Source: Candidatus Bathyarchaeia archaeon
GTDB lineage: Archaea > Thermoproteota > CALKCG01 > B24
Length of the DNA stretch: 64,000 nt
Direction of reading: 5' to 3'
NCBI GenBank assembly: GCA_038870975.1
Contig: JAVZJD010000001.1
Location: forward strand, 544,001 to 608,000
Under the pieces are notes generated by a model that was given only the letters and a program-made list of their open reading frames with translations, was not told the DNA's origin and did no database searches. Of the stretch, positions 39,296-49,487 are shown one piece after another (positions within the stretch are counted from its first letter, which is position 1; every line of letters starts with the position of its first letter). The position numbers and the translations under genes are program-made.

Positions 39296-39422
39296 AGGAT
39301 TCATAGCATAGTAGTGTTATAAGCAAATTAAATGGATGGCTGTGAAGCCCCAAATCTTCTACTTCCCGCGTTTATTCGTAAAATTTAAAACATTTTAAGA
39401 ATAACGTGTAGAGAGATGACTT

Positions 39423-40646
39423 ATGCGCTCTACGCACGTGAAAATTTCAGAGGTAATAGCGAATATGCACGTTGTAGACACGCATGAGCACACTTACCCA
39501 CAGGAACTCGTAGCGAGTAGAAACCCGTCTATTGTTGACATTTTCGAGGGCGCCTACATTTTCTGGACTGCCAAACCTCCTGCGAAGAGAAATGATCTCA
39601 AAAGCCTTGTAGAAAGCGTTAGAGAGATTTCAGGAAGTACCTTCTACAAAGCCTGTAGTATTGCGATTAAGGACATATACGGAGTGGATATAGATCCTCC
39701 TACTGAAGAGGCTTTCATAGAAGCTTCAAATTTAATCCGTGAAGCCTATAAGAGCAAGTATTGGACTAGGAGAATATTTAAGGAAAGTTCTCTAATAGAT
39801 GGTGTTCTTTGGGATCCATACTGGGATATTTGGGGAGAGAGCTTCGACCCAGAGCTTTTCAAGCCCGTCTTTAGGATAAACTCACTACTGTTTGGCTATA
39901 GGAGAGACGTTAGAGACCACAATGGAAACAGTCCCTACGTTTTCGAAAAGTACTTGAATCTTAAAGTTGAAACGTTTGAAGATTACATGAATCTCGTTGA
40001 TAAGGTTTTAGAGGAGGCTAAGAAGAGAGGCTATGTTGCGCTTAAATCGGCTCTTGCATACGATAGACCAATACTGTTTGAAGAAGTTGAGGAAGATGAA
40101 GCTAGAAGGGTTTTTAATAAGAGAGATTTAGGATTAACGTCTAGAGATGTTAAGCTATTCCAAGACTTCATCTTCCACCATATTCTAAGTAAAGCGAGCG
40201 AGCTTGACTTTCCAATTCAATTCCATACGGGTTTAGCCATCATAGAAGGGTCAAATCCCATGAACCTAGTAAACGTCATACGTAAGTACAGCAATGTCGA
40301 TTTCATACTTTTCCACGGTGGATATCCTTGGATAAGGGAAACCGCGGCAATAGCTGTGAGCTTCAGAAATGTCTATATAGATTTCTGCTGGCTTCCAATA
40401 ATATCTCCATCAGCCTGTAGACTTCTACTAAGGGAGGTTATTGAACTGGGGCTTTCAAGTAGAGTCATGTGGGGAGGGGATTGTTGGGTTGCTGAAGCCA
40501 CATATGGCGCATTAAAAGTGTTTAAAAGCCTAATATCTGAAGTACTCTGTGAAATGGTGGATAGAGGCTATCTAAAACTTGACGAAGCTTTGGAAATAGC
40601 ATTCCGAGTCTTAAGTGAGAATGCCAGACGGATATTCAACATCTAA
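39423..40646 (+). CDS. Amidohydrolase family protein
   Basis: DTHEH, QFHTG, FHGGYP, WGGD. Confidence 0.88.
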   Translation: MRSTHVKISEVIANMHVVDTHEHTYPQELVASRNPSIVDIFEGAYIFWTAKPPAKRNDLKSLVESVREISGSTFYKACSIAIKDIYGVDIDPPTEEAFIEASNLIREAYKSKYWTRRIFKESSLIDGVLWDPYWDIWGESFDPELFKPVFRINSLLFGYRRDVRDHNGNSPYVFEKYLNLKVETFEDYMNLVDKVLEEAKKRGYVALKSALAYDRPILFEEVEEDEARRVFNKRDLGLTSRDVKLFQDFIFHHILSKASELDFPIQFHTGLAIIEGSNPMNLVNVIRKYSNVDFILFHGGYPWIRETAAIAVSFRNVYIDFCWLPIISPSACRLLLREVIELGLSSRVMWGGDCWVAEATYGALKVFKSLISEVLCEMVDRGYLKLDEALEIAFRVLSENARRIFNI

Positions 40647-40737
40647 ATTTTCTAATTAAACAGGTGAATAAGCATCGGTGGATAAAATGTTTTATTTAAA
40701 GCTATACACTATGATCTTCCAGCGAAGATTATAACTG

Positions 40738-41403
40738 GTGAACACGATGCCATCATTTCAAACAGATTTATCCGACATGCCTTATTGGGCGACTGTGAAG
40801 AGCTGTGAAGAACTTCATAGGCTTGCCTGTAAGCTTCTAGCTAAGCAGGTGGTTGATGATTATGGAATTGCTAGAGGGGTATGTTTAGACCTTGGATGTG
40901 GCTTAGGTTGGTTTGGAATAGAGCTTGCAAAAATCACCGATCTAGAGGTTTTCCTGTTGGATGTAGACCTCGATAAACTACTTAAAGCTCGGGATAATGT
41001 TTTAAAAGAGAACGTTAAAAACCGTGTACATCTACAACGTGCTGACGCGCACAATCTACCTTTTAAAGACTGCTCTATAGACCTTCTCGTATGTAGAGGG
41101 GCTGTATTCTTCTGGGAAAAACCTGATGTTGCTTTCAAAGAGGTTTACCGTGTTATGAAGGTAGGCGCCATTGGCTTCCTAGGAGGAGCCATAGGAAGAT
41201 ACATGCCCATTGATTTAAGGACTAGGCTCATCGATGCCGTTAAAAAAGAGGTGGAAAAACTCGGTTCAAATAAAGAAAGTGAGTGGTGGCGCAGGAGAAG
41301 CCCTGAATGGCTAGCTAAGTGGGTTAATAGGGCTGGCATAGAGTGGTTTAAATTTATACCAGACCCACCAGGAATATGGGTAGAGATCAGAAAGACGACG
41401 TAG
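40738..41403 (+). CDS. Class I SAM-dependent methyltransferase
   Basis: LDLGCGLG, ADAHNLPF, CRGAVFFW. Confidence 0.9.
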   Translation: MNTMPSFQTDLSDMPYWATVKSCEELHRLACKLLAKQVVDDYGIARGVCLDLGCGLGWFGIELAKITDLEVFLLDVDLDKLLKARDNVLKENVKNRVHLQRADAHNLPFKDCSIDLLVCRGAVFFWEKPDVAFKEVYRVMKVGAIGFLGGAIGRYMPIDLRTRLIDAVKKEVEKLGSNKESEWWRRRSPEWLAKWVNRAGIEWFKFIPDPPGIWVEIRKTT

Positions 41404-41505
41404 CGAACTATGCTTCTCGTGGCTTTAAATCCGAGGAAAACAAGTCGACCTATTAATATACTCAAACCAAACAAACTTTAATTTTACGAGCCGCGTTAAT
41501 TTTAC

Positions 41506-42774
41506 ATGGGGATTGACATAAAACCGGAGAATTTGAGGGTTATAATCCCCATAGGTGGTGTAGCTAAACGATTACTACCTCTTACCGTGGAAGTTTCCAA
41601 GGCATGTGTTAGACTGGTAAATTTACCGTTGATTGAAATATCCATTTTAACTTTAGCCAAACAAGGTGTAAGGAATTTTATATTCGGTGTTAAAGGCTAT
41701 GTAAACTATAGGAGCTTACATGACCATTTTGAATCTGGAGTTGGCTTCTCAGCCAAGTATGGCATTAGCCCACGGGTACATATTAAGTATCAGCCTAATC
41801 TAGACGATTATGGGAGCGCTGATTCTGTTAGAATAAACGTTGAGTACTATGATGTTACAGACCCTGTTTTTGCCGTTCAAGGCGATAATATATTCAATAT
41901 AAATTTAGAAGAAATGTTAAAGTTTCACGAGGAAAGAAAGGCTTTCTTAACGATCGGGCTTATGCCAGTTTCAGATGTTACTGGATATGGTATCGCTAGA
42001 GTTGATAATGACATGCATATATCTGAATTCGTTGAAAAACCCAGTTTACGAGAAGCACCTTCAAACCTAGCCAATACAGGCCTCTACCTTTTTAGCCCAG
42101 AGGTTAGAGAGGTGTTTAAAGAAGATAGAGTTCAAGAGATGATACGTAAAAATAGGCGTTTAGACTTCGGTTACGACTTTATACCTTATCTTATTGAAAC
42201 TGGTAGAACTGTCTATGGATACGTCTTAAAGGGAACATGGTACGATGTTGGAACGCCTGAAAGATACTTAGAAGCTATGACTGGAATATTACAAGGTAGA
42301 TTGGAGGCCCTACAGGATTTTGGAGGAAGAGTTTCTGAAGATGTATCAGTCTGGATACAGGGTGAAAGCCCCGAGTCAATTCGCAGGAGGGAAGAGATTA
42401 TACGGAAAATAAAGGATGGGAGGATTGAAGTAGAGGGTGCTGTCTTAATCGGTAGACACTGTGAGATTTCAGATGGTGTTAGAATCGTAGACTCCTGTAT
42501 AGACAACTATACGAGAATAGGTAGAAACGCTACGATAGAGGGGTCAGCCATAATGGATAGATGTATAATAGGCGATAATGCTGAAATAAAGGAGAGTATT
42601 GTAGGGAGACATGTAACCGTAGATTCAAATGCATCTGAGAAAACGAAGCTTTTGCAAACTACAGTTGTAGCAGATGATGTATTTTTAGAGGCTGGATGCG
42701 AACTAATATCCACGAAGATCTACCCGCATAAACACGTATCTAAAAGATTGGTTCACGGTGGAGTGATAATTTGA
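41506..42774 (+). CDS. NDP-sugar pyrophosphorylase
   Basis: GGVAKRLLPLT, QGDN, FVEKP, WYDVGTP; left-handed beta-helix tail. Confidence 0.9.
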   Translation: MGIDIKPENLRVIIPIGGVAKRLLPLTVEVSKACVRLVNLPLIEISILTLAKQGVRNFIFGVKGYVNYRSLHDHFESGVGFSAKYGISPRVHIKYQPNLDDYGSADSVRINVEYYDVTDPVFAVQGDNIFNINLEEMLKFHEERKAFLTIGLMPVSDVTGYGIARVDNDMHISEFVEKPSLREAPSNLANTGLYLFSPEVREVFKEDRVQEMIRKNRRLDFGYDFIPYLIETGRTVYGYVLKGTWYDVGTPERYLEAMTGILQGRLEALQDFGGRVSEDVSVWIQGESPESIRRREEIIRKIKDGRIEVEGAVLIGRHCEISDGVRIVDSCIDNYTRIGRNATIEGSAIMDRCIIGDNAEIKESIVGRHVTVDSNASEKTKLLQTTVVADDVFLEAGCELISTKIYPHKHVSKRLVHGGVII

Positions 42775-42811
42775 AGTGTAAAATCGGTATCTACATAATA
42801 TACTGAAGTGT

Positions 42812-44371
42812 GTGAAAATGCCAGATATTTGTATGATTTTTGAAGTTCATCAGCCCCTAAGACTAAGACGACAATTCAACGTAGAAATTCTTAGACGACA
42901 AAGAATAGATAATAAAGACCTCTATGATATATACTTTAACAATTTATTAAACAGGGAAATTTTTAATCGAATATCGGAGAAATGCTATTTTCCAGCAAGC
43001 AGAATAATTCTAGAGCAAATAGATAGATTTAGAAGAGAGAGAAAGTCATTTAAAGTTTCATTCAGTTTTTCGGGTACGTTTCTAGAGCAGTGTGAAAAGT
43101 GGAGTCCAGATCTTTTAGAACTATTTAAAGAAATGACTGAAAGTGGATGTGTCGAACTACTTAGTCAAACATACTATCATTCACTTGCAAGTTTAAACCA
43201 CATGGATCAATCAGAGTTCTCTGAGCAGGCCGAGGAACATCGTCAACTTATAAAGGATTTATTCGACTATGAGCCTAAAACATTTGAAAATACAGAGTGT
43301 ATTTACAATAACGATATTGCTAAAAAGGTAGAAGCTTTAGGGTTTGAAGCAATCGTAACCGAGGGGGCTGAAAGGGTTTTAGGTTGGAGGTCTCCAAACT
43401 TCGTCTACAAGGCGAAAGAATCTGATGTTAAGATTCTGACACGAAACTATAGACTTTCAGATGACGTAGGCTTTAGATTCACATCGGTTGATTGGGATCA
43501 GTGGCCTTTAACAGCAGATAAGTATGCTACTTGGCTAGCACACACTTATGGCCAAGTTATAGTACTATTCTTAGACTATGAAACATTCGGCGAACACTAC
43601 TGGGCTGAAAGCGGCATTTTCGATTTCTTAAAGTGGCTTCCATTGGAAGTCTCTAAGTGGGATAATCTCTCATGGATCACGCCTTCTGAAGCCGTTCAGA
43701 AATACGCTCCATGTGGAGAGCTGGATGTTCCACCGGATAAAACAGTCTCATGGGCTGATGTTGAACGAGATACGAGTGCTTGGTTAGGCAATCCCCAGCA
43801 GAACATTTCATTTAGTTTATTAAATGAAGTTGGTTTAATCGTTAAAGAGTTAAACGAGACGGATTTATTAAGGGTTTGGCGTTACCTGCAGACGAGCGAC
43901 CACTTCTACTATATGTATACTAGAGGAGGCGAGAGCGGTATTGTACATGATTCATTCAACCCGTATGGAAGTCCAACTGAGGCCTTCATCGCCTACATGG
44001 GTGTACTATTAGATTTTGAAGCTAGATGTAAAATCCTGCTTGAAAGCTCTGAATTTAAGTATAAACATATACTGCGCCGTGTGCCCTGGGATAAAAGTTT
44101 CAAATTCTTTTATGGATTTGCCATGCCAACTGGCTTATCTGCCAACAGCCTGGAGGAATTTTACGAGGCAATTAGAATAGTGGATGTTAAATCTGTGATC
44201 TTCCATTTGGAGAGGGGGGATTTTGAAAGGTGGATTTTAAACGTTATTGAGGACCATGAGCTTGCTGAACTTATAGCGGATATACGGAGTAGAAAGATCG
44301 ACGCTGAGGAAAAACGTAAATTGCTACTCGACTTAATTGAGAGAAGAATAAAAGAGCTAAAGGAAGCTTAG
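42812..44371 (+). CDS. GH57 alpha-amylase with C-terminal DUF5752 domain
   Basis: FEVHQP, ENTE, DYETFGEH, SWAD, QTSDHFYYM; tail FHLERGDFERWI. Confidence 0.92.
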   Translation: MKMPDICMIFEVHQPLRLRRQFNVEILRRQRIDNKDLYDIYFNNLLNREIFNRISEKCYFPASRIILEQIDRFRRERKSFKVSFSFSGTFLEQCEKWSPDLLELFKEMTESGCVELLSQTYYHSLASLNHMDQSEFSEQAEEHRQLIKDLFDYEPKTFENTECIYNNDIAKKVEALGFEAIVTEGAERVLGWRSPNFVYKAKESDVKILTRNYRLSDDVGFRFTSVDWDQWPLTADKYATWLAHTYGQVIVLFLDYETFGEHYWAESGIFDFLKWLPLEVSKWDNLSWITPSEAVQKYAPCGELDVPPDKTVSWADVERDTSAWLGNPQQNISFSLLNEVGLIVKELNETDLLRVWRYLQTSDHFYYMYTRGGESGIVHDSFNPYGSPTEAFIAYMGVLLDFEARCKILLESSEFKYKHILRRVPWDKSFKFFYGFAMPTGLSANSLEEFYEAIRIVDVKSVIFHLERGDFERWILNVIEDHELAELIADIRSRKIDAEEKRKLLLDLIERRIKELKEA

Positions 44372-44459
44372 GGATTTAAAGACTTAACAGACTGAATTAA
44401 CGAATAACCGCAATATTTTTCTCTTTGAAGAATGAAATCTTTACGAAACGTTTAACTTA

Positions 44460-45728
44460 GTGAAGAAGAGTGAAACTATGATGGAAATAACATTTTTCAC
44501 TTACGAGTACCCTCCATATGTCGTTGGAGGGCTTGGAACGTATGCCGAATATTTGACTAGATGGCTTGTAAGAATGGGTCATGATGTGACCGTTTTCTCC
44601 ATGCATACGAAGAATGCCCCAACAAGAGACGTATACATGGGTGTTGAAGTCCATCGACCGATTGTTGAGAATATAAACATAAGCTTACTGCTTCCAATGT
44701 TCATACCTGAGGAAGTACAACGTTGGTCTGAGGAAGGTAGAAAATTCTTCGGCGATGTCTTCCTCTACAATGTGCTTTCAGCGAGCAAGCTGGTGAATGA
44801 TCTCGTCAGAAATGAAGGTAGGAAGGTTGACTTAATAGCTTCACACGACTGGTTGGGTTCAATAGGTGGGATACTTTCAAGCAGAGGCTTGAATAAGCCT
44901 CTTGTTTTCCATGTCCACAGTACAGAACAAGGACGGACTGGAGATGGCTCGGAAACGATTAAACGCTTAGAGAGATTAACAGCTGAACACGCTAGTAGAA
45001 TCATAACTGTAAGCTATGCCATGAGGGACCACCTTATAGGCTTAGGCTATGATGAAAAGAAGATACATGTCGTCTATAACGGTGTGGATGCCGAAAAATA
45101 CGATCCAGGGAGGATTTCACCTGAAGACGTAACCAATGTCAGAAAAAGCCTTGGTATAGATGAAGATGAGTACATGATTCTATTCATAGGGAGACTGACT
45201 TGGGTTAAAGGTGCCGATACGCTTATACTTGCCATGCCTGAGGTTCTGAGTAAAGTACCAAACGCAAAGCTTGTGGTCGTGGGTGTTGGTGAACAGGAAG
45301 AATTATTAAGAAACGAAATCCAAAGACTTAGACTTAAGGATAAGGTCGTCCTTAAATGTGAATTCGTACCAGAAGACTTGAGGATAAAATACTATGCAGC
45401 TGCAGATGTATGCGTTTTCCCATCTAAATACGAGCCCTTTGGCATTGTCTGCGCTGAAGCCATGAGCATGGGTAAGCCTGTAGTCGTCGGAGCTAGAAAT
45501 GTCAGCGGTATGCGCGAACAAGTCATCCCTTCAGGTCCAGATCAATGCGGTTTTCACATAAATCCTTATGATCCAAGCGACATAGCTAAATTCGTAGTAG
45601 TACTATTAGAAGACGAAGATTTGAGGAGAAAATGTGGATTAAATGCTAGGAAAAGAGTTCTTGAGCAATTCACGTGGAAAAACGTGGCGGAGAATACAGT
45701 AAGAGTGTATGAAGAAGCTTTACGGTAA
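44460..45728 (+). CDS. GT4 glycosyltransferase (glycogen synthase-like)
   Basis: EYPPYVVGGLG, HDW, HSTE, YEPFGIVCAEAM. Confidence 0.9.
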   Translation: MKKSETMMEITFFTYEYPPYVVGGLGTYAEYLTRWLVRMGHDVTVFSMHTKNAPTRDVYMGVEVHRPIVENINISLLLPMFIPEEVQRWSEEGRKFFGDVFLYNVLSASKLVNDLVRNEGRKVDLIASHDWLGSIGGILSSRGLNKPLVFHVHSTEQGRTGDGSETIKRLERLTAEHASRIITVSYAMRDHLIGLGYDEKKIHVVYNGVDAEKYDPGRISPEDVTNVRKSLGIDEDEYMILFIGRLTWVKGADTLILAMPEVLSKVPNAKLVVVGVGEQEELLRNEIQRLRLKDKVVLKCEFVPEDLRIKYYAAADVCVFPSKYEPFGIVCAEAMSMGKPVVVGARNVSGMREQVIPSGPDQCGFHINPYDPSDIAKFVVVLLEDEDLRRKCGLNARKRVLEQFTWKNVAENTVRVYEEALR

Positions 45729-45836
45729 TGGTCCATCTAATTACAGTAGTCGATTCTACAGTAAATACGATGGTTTCTCGATAAAGGAAGATCATGGAGG
45801 AGGAAACCTATATATTGGAAAAGGCTTTAAACAATT

Positions 45837-47030
45837 TTGGTAGACTGGGCTGACAATCCGATGAATATTTGCATGATAACGTGGGAATATCCACCTAGAA
45901 TAGTTGGTGGTATTGCAAGACATTGTGAGGGGCTTGCGAAGGCACTTGTAAAAATAGGACATCCTGTGCATGTCATTACTCTTGATTTTCCAGGAGCATT
46001 GCAATATGAAGAAGTTGAAGGTGTGAAAATTCATCGGACGTCTGTAGAACTCGGTCATCCGAGTTTCATCGCTTGGGTGTTCATATTCAACCACTTTATG
46101 GAGAAGAAGGTTGCGATGTTAAGTAAGGATGTTAAATTTGACATAGTTCACATTCACGATTGGCTTGTAGCCTTCTCAGGCATAGCTACGAAGCACTATC
46201 TTAAGATACCACTCGTTTTGACTCTACATAGTACGGAATTTGGTAGAGCATTCAGCCTTAACAATCCAGACTCCTACCTTATCGATGGAATAGAATGGTG
46301 GGCAACATACGAGTCGAAGAGAGTAATTGTTACGAGCAACTCCATGAAACATGAAGTTGAAGAACACTTTCACCTTCCACAAAGCAAGATTGACGTAATT
46401 CCAAACGCTATTGATGCCTCCAAGTACAATGTTAAAGTTGATCGTGAAGCCGTTAAGAGACGTTATGGAATAGCTCCCGATGATAGAGTCGTCCTCTTCG
46501 TGGGAAGACTAGTTCCTCAGAAAGGAGTGGAACACCTGATTAAAGCCACGTCCAAAATCGTTAGTAACCATCCGAATACCCGCATTGTGATAGTTGGAGA
46601 TGGCTGGCTGAAGGAACACTTATGGAACCTTGCGGTTTCAAGTGAATACAAACATAAAATATTGTTTCTAGGCTTTTTATCAGACCAGGAACTCATCGAA
46701 CTGACTCTCAGCTCAGATGTTCTCGTAGTCCCCTCTATATATGAACCGTTTGGTATAGTTGCTCTCGAAGGAATGGCTGCAGGAGTCCCAGTTGTAGCCA
46801 GTAACGTCGGAGGTTTAGCTGAGATTATTGAACATGATAGAACCGGAGTCTTGGTCTATGCTGGAGACCCAAATTCAATAGCATGGGGAGTAAATAGAGT
46901 TTTATCGGATTTAAATTATGCACGTTGGCTGGTGGAAAATGCTAAAAGGAAGATCCGGGAAATATATAGTTGGGATGCTGTCGCGAAAAGAACGGTTGAA
47001 GTCTATGAGAAGTCATGCGTAGGGGTGTAG
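45837..47030 (+). CDS. GT4 glycosyltransferase
   Basis: WEYPPRIVGG, HDW, YEPFGIVALEGM. Confidence 0.9.
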   Translation: MVDWADNPMNICMITWEYPPRIVGGIARHCEGLAKALVKIGHPVHVITLDFPGALQYEEVEGVKIHRTSVELGHPSFIAWVFIFNHFMEKKVAMLSKDVKFDIVHIHDWLVAFSGIATKHYLKIPLVLTLHSTEFGRAFSLNNPDSYLIDGIEWWATYESKRVIVTSNSMKHEVEEHFHLPQSKIDVIPNAIDASKYNVKVDREAVKRRYGIAPDDRVVLFVGRLVPQKGVEHLIKATSKIVSNHPNTRIVIVGDGWLKEHLWNLAVSSEYKHKILFLGFLSDQELIELTLSSDVLVVPSIYEPFGIVALEGMAAGVPVVASNVGGLAEIIEHDRTGVLVYAGDPNSIAWGVNRVLSDLNYARWLVENAKRKIREIYSWDAVAKRTVEVYEKSCVGV

Positions 47031-47293
47031 TTATGCATAGAGGAAGACCTATGCCAATTTCAGATGAAGTATACTTCTTATGCATGCTCCACAATATTGG
47101 TATGACGACTCCTGAGAAGTCCCTCACGATTGAAGAAATATCACGTTGGACAGCTGTAGAACCATCTAAAGCTGAGGAAAACTTGAATAAACTTTTAAAA
47201 GCGAAGTACGTAGACGTAAGAATCATTTCTGGAATTAAGAAGTATTTCATAACGTCTGATGGAATAAGAAAGGTTTTAAGTATGTATAGTTGA
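47015..47293 (+). CDS. Small winged-helix protein
   Basis: LTIEEISRWT...LNKLLKAKYV...KYFITSDG. Confidence 0.65.
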   Translation: MRRGVVMHRGRPMPISDEVYFLCMLHNIGMTTPEKSLTIEEISRWTAVEPSKAEENLNKLLKAKYVDVRIISGIKKYFITSDGIRKVLSMYS

Positions 47294-48352
47294 CTACTCA
47301 TTACTCTTGAGCATGCTTTCCTCCATTTTAAAGGATTCTTTTAAACTCTCCGCAGCATCCTCTGGAGGAACTGTGTTTATAAATACCCCGGTACTCTTCT
47401 CCAATCCAGCCCATATAGTTAATCTAGGATAAACCTCTACATGCCAATGGTAGTGGTTCTCCAGTAGCATGTGAAAACCAAGATTATACGGGGGATCATT
47501 CAACAGACTCTTCAATCCACCTAGACTCACTCTTAGGGTTTCAGCAAGATTTTCAACTTCAATATCAGTCATTTCTAAAATAGATGATTGATGCCTCTTC
47601 GGGAAAATCCAGAATTCAAATGGGTTTAATGACGCCCAGGGTGTGAACACTATAAAGCTTTCATTATCCCAGATGAAACGTTCGCTTTTAGCCTCTTCTT
47701 CAATTATACTGCAGAAGATGCATCTACCTTCAGCTTTGTAGTAGCCCCTACTTGCCTTAGCTTCCTCTTTAACTATTCTTGGAAGTATCGGCATTGCTAT
47801 TATTTGAGAATGAGGATGTGAAAGAGAGGCGCCAGCGTTTGCACCATGATTTCTAAAGACGGATACGTATTTCACATACTCCTTTGATGATAAATAGTGA
47901 AATCTATCTTTAATGGCATTGATAGCAAGTTTCAGTTGAGATTTTCTAGCCATACTTGGATGCTCATCGTGAAACGGTGACTCAATGAGGACCTCGTGAA
48001 AACCCAAAGTTTTCATGGAGTTGCGGAAATCCGTAGATTTAAATCCCCGCTCAGGTTTTTGATCATCTGGCGGAGAAAAAGCTGGGTAAAGATTTGGAAT
48101 ACATCTAACAACCCAATTCTTATGACGAAAGACATCGACCTCTACGGTTTTTCTGACATCTCCATCGTCTATCAGATAGACCAGTGTTGCTGGTGGTGTT
48201 AGATGCTCATTACCTGGACAGAAGGGACATATCGTCTTTTTCACCTCATCCTTCTTCGCTTCAAAAAAATCTGAAGGCCTCCTCCTCCTTTGAGGAGCTA
48301 TTACAACCCATCGATCAAGTATGTAATCCTTTCTCAACTCGTTTTTAGACAC
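47294..48352 (-). CDS. galT: Galactose-1-phosphate uridylyltransferase family
   Basis: CPFCPGNE, PNLYPA, GASLSHPHSQ, HWHVE. Confidence 0.92.
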   Translation of the reverse strand: MSKNELRKDYILDRWVVIAPQRRRRPSDFFEAKKDEVKKTICPFCPGNEHLTPPATLVYLIDDGDVRKTVEVDVFRHKNWVVRCIPNLYPAFSPPDDQKPERGFKSTDFRNSMKTLGFHEVLIESPFHDEHPSMARKSQLKLAINAIKDRFHYLSSKEYVKYVSVFRNHGANAGASLSHPHSQIIAMPILPRIVKEEAKASRGYYKAEGRCIFCSIIEEEAKSERFIWDNESFIVFTPWASLNPFEFWIFPKRHQSSILEMTDIEVENLAETLRVSLGGLKSLLNDPPYNLGFHMLLENHYHWHVEVYPRLTIWAGLEKSTGVFINTVPPEDAAESLKESFKMEESMLKSNE

Positions 48353-48500
48353 TTTAGCATCACCATTTTAAACGGAACACCTTAAGCGGTAATCTTAAAT
48401 TTACTACATCCTCATAAACTCTACCATCCGATACTTAGTAGTTGATGTTGAAATTCTAAACGTTTAAAAGGAGGGATCTTCTAATTGAGCAGGGAGATTT

Positions 48501-49055
48501 TTGAAGCAGTTGAGTAAAGAGAAGAAGGATATATTGGAGCTACTGTGGAGGGTAAATAAGCCAGTAAACCTAGAAGACATAGTTCGAGAAGCCAAATTGA
48601 AGACAAGATCTGCCGTTATGCATCTTTCAACTCTCAGAAGGATGGACTACATATCGGTAACAGAAGACGGACTATACACATTGACGTATCGGGGTAAAGA
48701 GGCCTTGGGCTTACCGAAGATAGATAGAGATTTTGCTAGGAAAATTTTAAGTAAAGTGCCTCAAGAGAAGGCCTTCAACTTTTACATTGAAATAGATAAA
48801 CCACTAATGATTTCATCAGACTCTTTAACAGATTTCTGTGAGAGGATTAAGAATATCGATGTGAAATCGATAGAATTTCACTCTTCACGTGGAGACTTCG
48901 AGCTATGGATTCACTTCCTAGGCGATGTAGAATTAGCTAAAAGATTGAGATTCATTAGAGAGATGAATCTAACCGGCGAAGAACTTAGAAAAGAGATATA
49001 TGAAACCGTAAAATCAAGGTGCGAAGAACTCCAGAGAATCGCCTCCTCTAATTGA
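48501..49055 (+). CDS. wHTH-DUF5752 fusion, putative regulator
   Basis: N-terminal wHTH; KVPQEKAFNFY...SIEFHSSRGDFELWI. Confidence 0.75.
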   Translation: MKQLSKEKKDILELLWRVNKPVNLEDIVREAKLKTRSAVMHLSTLRRMDYISVTEDGLYTLTYRGKEALGLPKIDRDFARKILSKVPQEKAFNFYIEIDKPLMISSDSLTDFCERIKNIDVKSIEFHSSRGDFELWIHFLGDVELAKRLRFIREMNLTGEELRKEIYETVKSRCEELQRIASSN

Positions 49056-49096
49056 GAGGAGCATAAAATCTCCATCTTAAGTTGGATGCAGATATG

Positions 49097-49128
49097 AATT
49101 AAAGTCGTCTTTTCTGACGACTTTAATT
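49097..49128. terminator. 13-bp hairpin downstream of the wHTH-DUF5752 gene
   Basis: AATTAAAGTCGTC-ttttct-GACGACTTTAATT. Confidence 0.55.
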
Positions 49129-49487
49129 ACGGAGTTTATTTTAGTAGCTCTTATGAGGCTGCTTGAGATGGGTTTAAGCATGGTAGGAGTAGGCCAAGGA
49201 GTAGGTGTAAGTCTAAGCGTGGAAGACCATATAGGTTCGATATAGTTACATATAAGAGCATGAGAAGCACCGTTGAAAGTTTCTCCATATAAATAAAAGT
49301 ATTTAGAAGAATAGCCATGAAATGGGGGAGACCTACATCGACATTCCTAGGCTTCATAAAAAATAGCCCGCATTACTGCTAAGGGTTTTCAGATAATATC
49401 GCAATTAGTATAGTCGATGCACTCTTCTATCGATTCTATTCGTAGGTTTAAAATACTATCTTCAAGAATAATACAGAGTGTTTAAAA

